Source: Octopus sinensis | Lineage: Eukaryota | Assembly: GCF_006345805.1 (NCBI RefSeq) | Contig: NC_043001.1 | Location: 79,422,001-79,486,000, forward strand | DNA length: 64,000 nt | Direction of reading: 5' to 3' | Part shown: one piece after another, positions 13,898 through 27,760 of the stretch | Position numbering within the stretch: the first letter of the stretch is position 1 | How the letters are laid out: each line of letters starts with the position of its first letter | Translations under genes and position numbers: made by a program | Notes under the pieces: generated by a model | What the model saw: only the letters and a program-made list of their open reading frames with translations | What the model was told of the DNA's origin: nothing | Databases searched by the model: none

Positions 13898-15110
13898 TAG
13901 TCTATTTTCATCACATGATTTCACTGCACTACCGAGCTTTCTGTGCCTTGAGTATGTGCTATGCTATGGTTTCTCGCGGTGCTCTTATTTTCACTGTATT
14001 GAAAGTGTTTTACGTAGGAAATATGCGGTGCCTAGTAATGCTATTTTCTGTGTTATATATATACTTTTAAGTGCAGGTGTTTTTGTTATGTATTTGTCTG
14101 AATGTATTTTCATCATATCTAATGCAACTACTATGATAGGAATTGTTTCTGTTTTTAGGCTCCACATTCGAGTTACCTCTATTTCCAGATCTTTGTATTT
14201 TGAAATTTCATTTCTGGATTTGGTTTTTAGGATTCTTTATGTGAGTTCATTTGTTGAATCGTAATCTGTTGTGTCTAGGGAGAGTCATTCTCTTTTTGTG
14301 CTTTATAATTTAACACACTCACCGGTAAAATTTCCACTTATTTCTTTTTTATTTTTCTAAAATTTTCGTTGCATCTTGCAACAGTTTCAATAGTATTGAA
14401 AGGGTCAAAACTATTGAAAAGTTTGCAAGACTCAACAAAAATTTTAGAAAAAAAGTGGAAATTTTACCGCTGAGTGTGTTAAATTATAAGGCACCAAAAG
14501 AGAATGACTCCCCAGACACAACAGAATGTATTTTGAAAGTTTCTCCGTCTCTTTTAGAGAAATATTGTGATCTGTTGGTATCGACTCATTGATAAGAAAT
14601 CATTTAGTTTCTTGGTGATCTCTGAGAACTATATTCAGTCTATTGGCCTTAATTTCTCTATCTGTTTGTATTGGCATATCCCATAGTATGGTTGCTTTCT
14701 CATTTTTTGTGACTTTTTCTGGAGTGTGCCTATAACTTCTTTTTTCTATTGTTATTCCAAAGCATTGGCACAGCTTCCAGTGTATATAGGTCCCAACGCT
14801 GTCGTGTCTGTGAATATATTACTTCGTAGCTAAGACTGGGTAGCCAGAGATATTACGATTTATTGTTTCTTCCCCATCACCACTTATTCTGCAGTTAGTT
14901 GTTCTATTTAATTTTATTACGTGTTTTTGGATATTTTCTGGTGAGACAGCATTGGTCTTGTGCTGCAATTAAAAATCGTCCAGTCTCTGCTTTAAGTCCT
15001 GAGCTTCTCAGCCATTGTTGGCATTTTGTTTTGTGTATTTCTTTTCTGTTTAGCTTCAACCCAATATTTAGCATAAAGAGGCTTTTCTTGCCATTGTTTT
15101 ATCGCGATCA
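13841..15110 (-). mobile_element. 5'-truncated R4/Dong-like (REL-endonuclease) LINE remnant with (AAT)n tail
   Basis: Frameshifted minus-strand translation: QQWLRSSGLKAETGRFLIAAQDQ, a decayed CCHC knuckle (CRISGDGEETINRNISGYPVLA), ILWDMPIQTDREIKANRLNIV, EKLSKY / KYKDLEIEVTRMW, IQKIALLGTA-like C-terminus with stop at 13991-13993, and the tail at 13841-13894. Confidence 0.85.
14206..14526. mobile_element. Foldback insertion with 12-bp TSD (probably Penelope terminal-repeat derived)
   Basis: TSD tgtattttgaaa at 14194-14205 and 14527-14538. Inverted arms 14266-14394 and 14410-14524 around a 15-nt spacer. It splits the R4 reading frame at LSKY. Confidence 0.8.
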
Positions 15111-15111
15111 G

Positions 15112-15307
15112 AACCGGCAGCAGACTGGGCGAAATGCTAAGCGGTATTTCGAATTCCACAACGTTCTGAGTTCAAATTCCACCAAGGTCGACTTTGCCTT
15201 TCAACCTTTCGGTGTCGATAAAGTAAGTACAAGTTGAATATTGGTGTCGATGTGATCGACTGTCCCCCTCCCCACAAAATCCAGGCCTTGTGCCTATAGC
15301 AGAAAGG

Positions 15308-15366
<59 letters not shown>

Positions 15367-15810
15367 CATTATTATTATTATGTAAGGCGGCGAGCTGGCA
15401 GAATCGTTAGCATGCTGGATGAAATGCTTAGCGATATTTCGTCCGTTTTTACGTTCTGAGTTCAAATTCCGCCGAGCTCTACTTCGCCCATTATCCTTTC
15501 GGGGTCGATAAAATAAGTACCAGTTACGCATTGGGGTCGATGTTATTGACTTTCTCCCTCTATAAATTTAAGGACTTGTGCCTACAGTGCAAAGAATTAA
15601 GGCGGCGAGCTGACTGAATCGTTAGCACACTGGAAGAAGTACTTAGCAGTATTTCCCTCGTCTCTTCGTTCTGAGCTCAAATTCCACCGACGTCGACTTT
15701 GCCTTTCATCCTGTTGGGGTCGATAAAGTACCAGTGGAGCACTGGGGTCGATGTTATCGACTATCCTCCTCCCCTAAATTTCAGCTCTTGTGTCAATAGT
15801 ACAAAGTATT
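15112..15810 (+). mobile_element. Three tandem SINE-B copies, the first with a long (ATT)n tail
   Basis: Heads aggcggcgagctg.c.gaatcgttagca at about 15384 and 15599, B-box-like gagttcaaattcc, and the tail at 15308-15380. Confidence 0.88.
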
Positions 15811-16040
15811 ATTCTTAATAGATTAATTATTAATGTAATAAGTTCATTATTAGTAGTAATATTACTTGTGGTAGTGGTGCTTGTAAAAGTGGTATTGGTG
15901 CTGGTAGCGATTGCTTTAGTAGTAATAATAATGGTGGAGGTGGTGATGGACAAACTAGAAGTGGTTTTAGTGTTGGTAGTGGTAATAGTAGTTGCAGTGG
16001 TAGTAGTACTAGTAGTGGCGATAATAGCCTTTTTAACAAT

Positions 16041-16116
<76 letters not shown>
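16041..16116. repeat. Pure (CTA)n microsatellite
   Basis: Directly visible; source of the poly-Tyr ORF. Confidence 0.97.
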
Positions 16117-16118
<2 letters not shown>

Positions 16119-16297
16119 TTGTTTCAATTCCCAAAATTTTCTCTTTGATATACTTCATACCGAAAAATATTTTTAAAAATCGATTAAGTTTTCCTTTTAA
16201 CTGCATGTGTGACGTTCATAGCACACATGCAGACCACACGGAAACGTGTTATATATGTATTTATGTGAGTACATGTAGCTATATATATATATATATC

Positions 16298-16362
<65 letters not shown>

Positions 16363-16481
16363 ATATATATCTTCATGTATGAATTTTATCTATACAATAT
16401 ATATATGTATATATGCATACATACACACACACATATATATACATATATATATACATGTAGGTATATATATATTATATATGA

Positions 16482-16516
<35 letters not shown>

Positions 16517-16863
16517 CACACACACATACATCTATAATGTGTGTGTCTCTATTTATGTACAGAATGATGGAAACAATAATTTGAAAAGATTCAAATAAGA
16601 AAACGCTAAACTGTACGTTATTTTGTATTGAGTGCTACGTATGAAAATAATCCACTTGAATTAAACCTCTTTCAACGACGTAAATACATGAAATACAGAA
16701 GTAAGTTTCTGTCTCTCTCTTTCTCGCTTTCTTTCTTTCTTTCTTCTTTCTTTCTTTCTGCATAAATATACATGAATGTATATGCGTATAAGTGTATATA
16801 CTTGTGTATAATATATATGAAGGTGTACCTATACATGAATGTATACCTACATCTAGATATATG

Positions 16864-16897
<34 letters not shown>

Positions 16898-17802
16898 AAT
16901 ATATATATATATATATACACGTATAATAGAAGCCCGAATATAGGCAGAGATTAGTGGAAATGACACATTGATGATGTTCAAAGCAAGTAGATTATGATAA
17001 CACACGCTCCACACACACACGCACACACAAACACATACACACACACACACAACACATATAGTAGCACCGAAACAACAGACACATTCACAAAAGCAGGCAC
17101 TGCACACAGCATTACCCCCGCGCATGCGTGCAACACATTTACCGTTTAAATAGCTATTCATAGAGACACGTTGGAGATAATTTTCTCATGACATGACTAA
17201 ATATACAGATATTTGTTGACATGTAAGAGGTTGTGTCGGTTTGAAGATCAGCAGCTTTCATGATAAAACTATCAGGACGAAGAATGTCATGGAAGCGGAG
17301 TAGAAAAATGCAGAGGGGTGTTGCAGTTGAAATATCAGCTAACAGCATCTCCCCATGCCTAAACACCTCTCGCGCAAAGATCGACACTTACCGTTCCCCG
17401 TCGACTCCTACACCTGAACCATGTCTGTTATTGCAGCTGTCCTTCTATAGCAAATAGATCCTTTCATGGTTTTAACTTTAATGATGATAGCAACAAACGA
17501 GAAAAAGAGTGATGAGGAAACGGTTGCAGGATCGTGATGATGATGAGATGAAAATAACGATTATAATGAAGGAGATGATGCGGCCGTGAAAGAGAAGACA
17601 GAGAGCCGTGTTGAGGCCTGCGGTGGTGATATTTAAGATGATTAAGATAATAGGTTTGAGAAAATATGAACACACATACATAGCGCGCGTATGATCATGT
17701 TAGGATCTGCGTAAATATAAACATTGGTATGTGTATGAGCAAGTATACGCACATACACACATCATATATGCATAGACACACACACACAACACACACATAT
17801 AT

Positions 17803-17895
17803 ATGTATATACATAGTTTTATATATGTATGAGCATACATGTATATACATAGTTTTATATATGTATGAGCATACATGTATATACATAGTTTATAT
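17803..17895. repeat. 36-bp minisatellite, about 2.6 copies
   Basis: Unit atgtatatacatagttttatatatgtatgagcatac starts at 17803, 17839 and 17875. Confidence 0.9.
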
Positions 17896-18935
17896 CTGTA
17901 TGTGTATATATGTATATATATAGTTTTAAATATGTATGCGTATATATATGCATTTATGTATTTATATATATATGTATACATATATATATATATGCGCGCG
18001 CGCAAGTGTATGCGTGAGTGTATGTGCTTGTACATGTATGTACGTATGTATATACGTATGTATATACGTATGTATACACGTATGTATGTATGTATGTATG
18101 TATGTATGTATGTATGTATGTATGTATGTATGTATGTATGAAGGTATATATGTATGTATTATCTTTTTAGCAGTTGCAACCTAGAAGCATGTCAGAACGC
18201 CGTGCCGCTATGCAATCTCTCTCTCCTCTGTTACCTTTGATAGATATTCAATTTAATTTTATGTATCTATCTCTGCCACTAATATCAATATGAAGTAGGG
18301 AAATCTCCGATATGGCTCCTTTTTGAACATCATAGCAAAGGCTCGGAAACCAACATTATGTTTAACGTCAATAGTCGACTTTGATAGAATTTTTCCATAA
18401 ATTAAATCTCGCATTTCGTCTTCAGTTCAATCCATGTTTTGATTCCTCATGAATAGTCTCATGTGCATACACGAAAAGAAATCGTGAAACTCCTTTTTTT
18501 TTTCTGGATCCAGACTGAAAAATTGTTTCTCTTCATGCTTTGAAGAGGGCACATTATATAGAGCCCCTTTTTTTTTCAGATTGAAATCCTTGATTGCTTT
18601 AGATTTTCAAGTGCATTTCAGACTCATCCGTTTTATCTTTTACATGTCCAAAAGTATTTCAGCAATATAGGGAAAATGTTACTGGAAAGACTCTCAGATC
18701 CTTGTTTTGTGTACTATATGACTTTCATCTTCATTGATGAGTATGGTGTTACGTTTTCGTTTTCTTCTTTTTTCATTACATCGAGAAAGAGACTGATTTT
18801 GGATGTAACATTCACATGGGAGGTTACCGTATCATACAGTTCATGGCCTGTGAAGACAAGATTATCAGCATAGTAAAGATTATGCTGACGCTGCCATGCA
18901 GATATTGACGCATAAACACGCACAGATATTTATCC

Positions 18936-18969
<34 letters not shown>

Positions 18970-19279
18970 ATGTACACACACGAACACACACATATTTATT
19001 AATATATTATTTATTTTATATATTATGTTATATATATATATATGAACATACTTTATATACATACGCATACACATATATCTATATGCATGTATATGTATAC
19101 ACACACATTTATCTATATATACATATGCGTATTTGATAAATTGTATCAAAAATGTTTGCTATATGGTTTTCATCCTTATTGATCAGTCTTTAAGTTGAGA
19201 AATAGGCCTTGGTTTATATGTATAAACACAAGGATATAAAATAAATATTAGTATGTATATAACATAATATGCCTCCCCC

Positions 19280-19409
<130 letters not shown>

Positions 19410-19441
19410 GTATGTTTTGTATGTATATGTATATATATTTG

Positions 19442-19478
<37 letters not shown>

Positions 19479-20214
19479 ATACTAGTACTCCTGCGTGTAT
19501 ATGCACACATAATCATACTTTGGGTAATATTTCCTTTTCCTCTAAAGCTATGGAGATTATATTATCTTTGATAAACTCTTTAGGTTTCTTGTCAAGTAAG
19601 GTTTACGTATGTTACTTCAGAAATTGAACAGAGATTATTCTCAAAGACACACAAACATACGCACACAGATATGCAAACACATGTGCACGCATGTACACAC
19701 AAACACACTGATACACATGCATTCATGCATACATAATGTACATATGCATTTGGAATACAGCCATGCATATATAGCTGTATGCTCTCGTATACTAATACAC
19801 TCGGAGAAGCTCATAAATGTAATACAGTGTGTGTTAATAGACATCTTATTGTGGATCATTTTCAAGGATCCAGAGCAAAAAGCCATAATGCTTTCCATTT
19901 GAGTATTTAATGTCAAGAGAGCTTTGACCATCTTATTTTCTTCAGTGTGTCTTGGAATGGATGTATGAATACAGACACCTACTAAAACATAAAATGCACG
20001 CATATACAAGCACACAAAAGAATGCAAAAATAAATACCCATCTGCGTATTGATTCACGTGTTTTTGCATGAATTGGTATGTAGAGGTATAAAATCAGAAA
20101 AATATTGCTGCTTTCTAGCTAGTATATATATATCTACATTTCATATATATATATATATACATATGTATGTATAAGCAACCACACATATACACATACATAC
20201 ACATGCATATACAC

Positions 20215-20250
<36 letters not shown>

Positions 20251-20520
20251 TATAAGTACGTATATCTTCCAATTCTTTCTTTGATTTATACCAGTGCCCC
20301 GCAACGTTTTTTCACTTGCAGTACACTTATATTATTTTCAAAATTCGGCGGCACGCCTGAACTATAAATATGACTAAAAGTAATGGGGGTAAAAATTATA
20401 TTGAGGTCACACTGCGGTACATTTAGCATCGTAACACTTAGCATCGTAACCGGTATGCCGGTTACGGAACTGATTTATAGTGTCGCCATTTTCATTTCGC
20501 GTTCTTCTTATGTTTTTCGC

Positions 20521-20558
20521 TTGCCTTGATAAAGAACGACTTCCGAAACGTTATGACA
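20521..20558 (+). ncRNA. Degenerate minimal hammerhead-like motif
   Basis: TTGATAA (20526-20532), agaa-cgac-ttcc stem II (3 of 4 pairs), GAAA (20545-20548), palindromic ACGT. Stem I is not intact. Confidence 0.3.
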
Positions 20559-20945
20559 CTTTCTTTCACTCGATGACGCATAAAGCTAATACGATACTTG
20601 CCAAAATTTGTCCCTCCTTTATGGGCATTTTTAAAGTTCGTTGTATTTACCCTATGCGTGTGTTACTGTAGGTATGTATGTTTATATTAGATGTGTGCTA
20701 AAGGATCAAGTCATTGAAGGAAGGTCTCTCCTGAGCCCTAAGCTCATAATATCCCGTTTACTGTATTCTTTGGCGTATATATTACCACCGTTCACGGGAC
20801 GCCGGTCTGTTGAATGATTACCTCTTTTTATCTCCTGAATGACGTGGAAATAAAATGTAAGAGAGGAAACCACAATCTCTACGATTCTGAATTCAACAAT
20901 CTAACTTGAAGCAACGTGCCTCCACATACGTCTAGGTATAGACAT

Positions 20946-21013
<68 letters not shown>

Positions 21014-21288
21014 CATGCGGCCTTGATGGGGCACCACCTTAAAGAAATTCAGTCCATCGATACCAGTACGCATTTTGTAAAGTCTAGTACTTATTCTATC
21101 GGTCTCCTATGCCAAACAGGTAAGTTGCTTAGACATAAACAAGCCACTACAGGTTGTCAAGCAATAGTGGGACAAACATGCACAAAAATACACACACACA
21201 TACGCACAAATATACACACAACGGATTTCTTTCAGCTTCCGTCTACCAAATCCACTCAATGCTTTGGGCGGCTCGAAGCTATAGTTAA

Positions 21289-21359
<71 letters not shown>

Positions 21360-21394
21360 ATATATATATATGTATGTTTATGTGTGTGTATATA

Positions 21395-21444
<50 letters not shown>

Positions 21445-21518
21445 CGTATATGTGTATATATAAATATATGTATGTATATGTATACACACATATATATATA
21501 TATATATATGTATGTTTA

Positions 21519-21563
<45 letters not shown>

Positions 21564-22879
21564 CTTACGATGGCTACGGAAATACCGAAATACCTATCAG
21601 TCTAAGGGATTCTCGGTTCGGTGTTCGGGCGATTGCAGTCCCTATCAGAATTTGTTATGCTCTTTACAACACCATTAAGTCATTTTAGCTCTTATTTCTA
21701 GCAATGTAGGTGCTTTGACACTCTTAGTCATGTTTTGTAGACTATAATTCTCCTTTACGGCATTACATTGCAACTATCTGTGTTTTACAATTTATATATA
21801 AACACACATACACACACACACACATATATATATATACACATTCATTTATGTAAATGTGTCTATTTTGAAAAGAAGTTTACTCGTCTCTGAGATTATTATT
21901 AATGCTTTGTTACTGCTTGCTTTCATCTGAAGTATATCTCAATTATTATAGACTGGAAGCGACCATAATTACTTTTAATTATTTTGATACTCACCGGTAC
22001 TTTGACGCTTTAGTCTATCTGCTATTTTGCTCGTCCTTGAGCGATGGATGAAATCTGTGAAGTTATGATTTTCTGTTCGATATTAAAACAGATGTCGAGT
22101 TGCTCTTGTTTGCAAGCTTCTGGAACAAAAAATTCTCAGAATGTCAAATCGAAACCATCGATGAATCATCCGTCTTTGAAACTGTAGCTAATTTGGTCTG
22201 GGTTCTCCTACAAGTCGATAATGCAGTAATCACCACTGGGGCCATATTCAGTGGATCAAAAGTTTGATCGATTACCTGCAGAGCTTGATCTTTCAGAAGG
22301 GAACCATGTATTCAGTTGAGTCATTGTAATTTCATACATACGGCTTTTGATAGTAGAATTCAAAACAGCAGAATGGATTGATTGTATGTGATAAACATTT
22401 GGCTCATTTTTATTATTAGGATTAAACTCTGTTAGCCAAAACTATAAGAAATTCAGTTTGGCATTCAGGAATATAGTGTAGTGTCCTGAGGACGAATTAA
22501 CGTTGAACATTTCGTAGACTTTCATGAAGCTTTAGATTAATCGCAAAGGATTGACTATGATTCACTGCGCGATTCCCAGTAAACGTCTCCATATCTTTTA
22601 TGTTTCTACAATAAAGGTTAATCAATGAGGAATTCCAATATCTCAATTTTCTGTTTCAAATTCCAGGTAACAAATATAAGTTTGGTGGAGAAGATATTTG
22701 TCATTGTTTAACTGTTGAAATGTCAAGTTTTTCACAACTGAACTCAATTGAACAAAGTTTCTTAACGTGTTCTTCAACAGATTGGCCAAAACCAATGGCA
22801 TTGTCAAGATAGACATAACATCCTTTGGTTATTTTGTCAGCAATTATAAGCTTCGTCCCTACTTGATGACTGCATACAG

Positions 22880-23420
22880 AATAATTCACATCAAAAGGTC
22901 GACTTTGCCTATGTTGACTTGGCCTAATCGACTTTGCCTCTTACTATTTGGGAGTCGATAAAACAAGTATCATTTGAGCACTGGAGTCGATGAGAATAAC
23001 CCACTGGACAAAATGCTCAGTGGTATTTCGTCCATTAAGGCGGCGAGCAGGCAGAAACGTTAGCACACCGGGCGAAATGCGTAGCCGTATTTCGTCTGTC
23101 GTTACGTTCTGATTTCAAATTCCGCCGAGGTCGACTTTGCCTTTCATCCTTTCGGGGTCGATAAATTAAGTATCAGTTACGCACTGGGGGTCAATATAAT
23201 CGACTTAATCCTTTTGTCTGTCCTTGTTTGTCCTCTCTGTGTTTAGCCCCTTGTGAGTAGTAAAGAAATAGGTATTTCGTCTGTCTCTACGTTCTCTGAT
23301 CAAACCCCACCGACTTTGCCTCTCACCGCTTCAGGTTTTATTAACTAAGAACATGTTGGGCACTGAGATCGATGAAATTAATTTAAACCCCTCCCCCAAA
23401 ATTGCTGGTTTTGTGCAAAA
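22880..23420 (+). mobile_element. Nested SINE-B cluster: a B2 subtype inserted in another B copy
   Basis: The full unit at 23038-23270 is flanked by ggtatttcgtc at 23022-23032 and 23271-23281; host B sequence continues on both sides. Confidence 0.75.
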
Positions 23421-23989
23421 ATTGAAAATCAATATCATAGGGTCAAATATCTCTCTTACGTTGATTCTCTCCTTCAGTAAATCAGTGGGTTTAGCTTCAT
23501 AAATAATCACATCTGGTGTAGCATACGTGTTTATTCAACACTATGGCAGACGTCATTTAGTTTCTCTTCATCGATATATTTCTAACTGCAAGTCCATTCA
23601 AAGGATTAACGACTAGATCTTTGAGGTCAGCTGAATTTCTATGCTTTGACTATATCATCAATCTTTACATGTAACCTGTTGTTCTGTGCAGGTAATCATT
23701 TTTTTTATTCAACTTGAATTGAAAAATCAGAATGATCAAAAATTTTATGTTCTTTCATGCAGAGCAACCACATTTTTTTAGTGAATGTATTCCACTTAAC
23801 AGTTCCAAATTTTTTTTCGTGTATGATGCATTTATGGTTGCATTTTATTTTATGATTTTACTATTTTTTTTCAAATTGACTTAAATACATTTCACTTGTG
23901 GTTATTTATTTCTTAGATTTTATATATGATATTTCGCTACTACATATTAGCTTTTCTGGTTTGAACTTGCTCGTCAATGGATTTTATAG

Positions 23990-24050
23990 GAAATCTAAAG
24001 TTCAAAATGAGCAGTCTCGACAGCATGGCAACGGAAAAAGTAAAAGCGTT
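23990..24050 (+). CDS. Candidate 61-nt host exon (R-KSKVQNEQSRQHGNGKSKSV)
   Basis: Acceptor ggattttatag and donor GTT|gtaaga; open in phase 2 to phase 0. Inference only. Confidence 0.25.
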
Positions 24051-24639
24051 GTAAGAAATATAAAACTACAATTCAAAATATGAAAATATATGTATGTTTT
24101 AAATACAAGGTTGTACAACGCCGGATTTGATCCTAAGCCACTGCAGTTTATGTTGTCTTCTACACGTGAACGATCATACGGGCACAGGTGCATGGTTAAG
24201 AATCTCGCTTTGCCGCCAAGTGCTTTCGGGCTCAATCCAACTGCGCAGCATCCTTGGTGACAGACTTCTGCTTTAGCCTTAGGTCGACCAACGCCTTGTG
24301 AATGGGTCGCGTAGATGATAACTGTGTGGAAAATGGTCATATATATATATACATGTGTGTATTTGTGTGTGTGTATGTTTGTGTTGTTGTATATGTTTGT
24401 GTATGTATATGTCTGCGTATGCGCGTGCATTGGTGTGTGCATGGATACTTGTACACCTCACCATTTAACAACAGATTTTTGTTACCCAGAAGTTCAATAA
24501 AAGAGGGAGGGATAAAATAGGTACCAATCATTAAGAATAAGTACTTAAGAAGGTTTCTTCTGTTAAATCTAGTAAGTTGGTGCCCTAGGTTGGCTGCAGT
24601 CAAATTGTTAATTTAAGTAAATCACATATATTGCCCATG

Positions 24640-24744
24640 TATACAGACATACGTATATATATACATACATATATATATATATACATATATATATATACAT
24701 ACATATATACACACATATATATATACATAATGCATATGTATATA

Positions 24745-24775
<31 letters not shown>

Positions 24776-24813
24776 ATATACATATATATATATATATCTA
24801 TATATATATATGC

Positions 24814-24900
<87 letters not shown>

Positions 24901-24973
24901 GGGAGAAATTAATTAATTTAGAATAATCATTAATTTCACCATGTAGATTTCGGCATATGCATATATATTATAT

Positions 24974-25006
<33 letters not shown>

Positions 25007-25050
25007 GCTATATTATATATATATAATATATTATATATATATATATTATA

Positions 25051-25103
<53 letters not shown>

Positions 25104-25145
25104 TATATGCATATATATATATATATAATATATATATATATATGC

Positions 25146-25180
<35 letters not shown>

Positions 25181-25185
25181 ATATA

Positions 25186-25216
<31 letters not shown>

Positions 25217-25433
25217 CAATATATATATAGATATATTATATATATATATATATGCATATATATATATATATATATATGCATATATATATATATATGCATA
25301 TATATTATATATTATATGCATATATATATATATATGCATATATATATATATATATATAGGCATATATATATATATATATGCATATATATATATATATGCA
25401 TATATATATTATATATATATGCATATATATATA

Positions 25434-25479
<46 letters not shown>

Positions 25480-25692
25480 TATATATATATGCATATATAT
25501 TATATTATATATATATATGCATATATATATATGCATATATATATATAATATATATATATAATATTATATATATGCATATAATTATATATATGCATATATA
25601 TATATATATATTATATATATATGCATATATATATATATATATATGCATATATATATATATATATATATATATGCATATATATATATATATAT

Positions 25693-25743
<51 letters not shown>

Positions 25744-25750
25744 TATATAT
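24640..25750. repeat. About 1.1-kb (TA)n microsatellite punctuated by ATGC
   Basis: Directly visible. Confidence 0.96.
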
Positions 25751-25774
25751 GTTGAAGGTTGAAAAGGAACACAC

Positions 25775-27760
25775 GAGTTGATACGTATAAGGAAAATAAG
25801 TCAAGGAATAAAAGGCTAAAATAATTTTAGCATGAAAAACATTTTAGAACCGGTTTCAATCGTTGCGACATTTTCAAATTACAGAAATTAAAAGAAATGT
25901 TTTTTTAAAAAAATTATATCTATACATTTTCAAATGCAAGGGAATTTTCCTTTTTTCCTGCCTGTCTCTATCACTCTTTCTTGCTCTTATGGGTTTTAAG
26001 TAGTTAACACCTAGTTTAATATGAATCCTCGTCTATGATTGTTTAGGTAACATTAGTTGTAGAGAAAGGATGTCGCACAGAGAAGAAGAAGAAGAAGAAG
26101 AAGAAGAAGAAGAAGAAGAAGAAGAAGAAGAAGATGGTGGTGATGATGATGATGATGATGAAAGAATAATAAAATAATGCGGTAGTGGTATGACAATAGC
26201 CGGATGTTGAATGGTCAAATGACATAAAAGTGACCCGTTGTGGTTTTAATAGCAGTGATTGGAATTGTTCTGAATAAATTATTGACGTGATTATTTTGAA
26301 TGTATGGTTTTTATATTTGCGTGGGTGTTATTCTAAGGCCCAGGTGAATATATCATTTGTTGTGGATGCATTCAAAAGGGGTTTGTATTTTGTGATAAAG
26401 AATGAGTCTTTCCTTATGCGTTGACTACCGGTTGTATCTTCCCTGAATTGATAGAGGGGGAAATTCTGAAACCAGTTTCTTTTGTCATTGGCGTAAATGT
26501 AGAGGTGTTCGCTGAATGCTACTTTTCTGTTTTTCAGAATTTTGATCTGGGATCTGTGCAGAGCCGTCTTTTGACGTAGATTGATTTTTGTTTGGCCTAT
26601 GTATTGCGCTCAAAACCCAGAGCAGGTTAATATGCATATCAGGTTCTCCGAAGCACTGTGAAGTTGCTTTTTCCTGTGAAACCTTGTCCCTGTTTCAAAA
26701 AGAACTCTGATCCCTCAATTAGATTGACGCATATACCACAGGTGGGCCTTCCGCATATTTTTACTGACGGGTTCAGTGTTTTTGTTGAGCGTATTCGGGC
26801 TTGTGTTAGGAGACTTTTCATTGAGCGGCGTATGAGAATAGAAGATGACTACATAGAAGGATACTAGTAGAGTGTTTTGTTCATTGTCTCAGGGAGGTGA
26901 TTGAGCATATCCAGGTCGTTCCTTAAGTATATTTTGATATGCTTGAGGAATGGGTTTCAGAGAGTACCTAAAAGTTACTGACGTGGTGGGGGTTCGCATG
27001 CGGGACCTGCTATTATAGTCCTTAGCTTGAGGTCATTAGGAGTAGGGATTTTGATTATTATGCCTGTGGCTTCCCTGCATGCGTTACTTATTTTCTCACT
27101 CTTGCGTATCTTAGGAATACCGTAGAATTGACTGGATTCACTTTTGAAATTGTTCATATTGTCGTATTCCTTGTCGATGAGCCCTTCTCTGTATAGGTTT
27201 AGCATGGACTTTTGGTTTCTCATTATTTTCTGCAGACTGTAGTGTTGGATCTTTTCATAATTTGTTGTGTCTTTTAATATGGATATTACTAGAGTTATAT
27301 AGCATACCGTATTCATTAAGACGACTGCACTACCTTTATGAGACTCTTTGATTGTTATTGTTTTATCATCTTCAAATTTGTTCAGCTCGGCCCATTCTTT
27401 TTTGCTGAAGTTTGGCTTGTGTTTTTGTTTGTGTATATGTTGATATGGGTAATTCGAGATGCATTCACAGAAATGATCAAGAGCTTTATTCTTACCTTTT
27501 GAAGGGGTGTAGTTCTGTTTCGGACTAACGAATCGTTCTTGTTGTATTTGTCGTAATTTTCTACAGAATTCCGCGATGTCTTTTTGCATTTCAAAAACTA
27601 TGGAAATATATTTTTTTTAAATATCTCATTTAATTTTTCCACAATTTAATTGTACTTCATTCTTTACTGTAAGTTTAAAAAGTCGCAATGACTGAAACCG
27701 CAACTAAAGTGTTCTTCATGATAAATTTATTTTAGCATTTTCTACCTTGTCTTTTATATA
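25775..27760 (-). mobile_element. Internally deleted Penelope-like element flanked by inverted terminal repeats
   Basis: ORF 26975-27589 has ITIKESHKGSAVVLM, FYGIPKIRK and LRTIIAG. Then NTLLVSFYVVIFYSHTP (decayed SFDVxSLYxNIP) joins directly to KSLLTQAR, CGRPTCGIC and GIY-YIG-like NLICILTCSGF*AQYIGQT...KYKPLLNA. Homologous terminal repeats lie at about 25775-25900 (-) and 27600-27760 (+). Confidence 0.88.
27670..27707 (+). ncRNA. Hammerhead-like motif in the inverted Penelope terminal repeat (mutated copy)
   Basis: taag-TTTAAAA-AGTC-gcaat-GACT-GAAA-CCGC-AA-ctaa. Stem II is perfect; G5 and U16.1 are mutated relative to the inferred consensus. Confidence 0.45.

Noticed and set aside
18800-18880. 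LYYADNLV resembling an RT YADD motif
   Set aside because: Isolated, with no flanking RT motifs; the same bases read better as a splice acceptor.
21950-22520. Possible GIY-YIG/Penelope remnant with a CTGAGGA motif
   Set aside because: Too degenerate; no coherent reading frame or complete hammerhead core.
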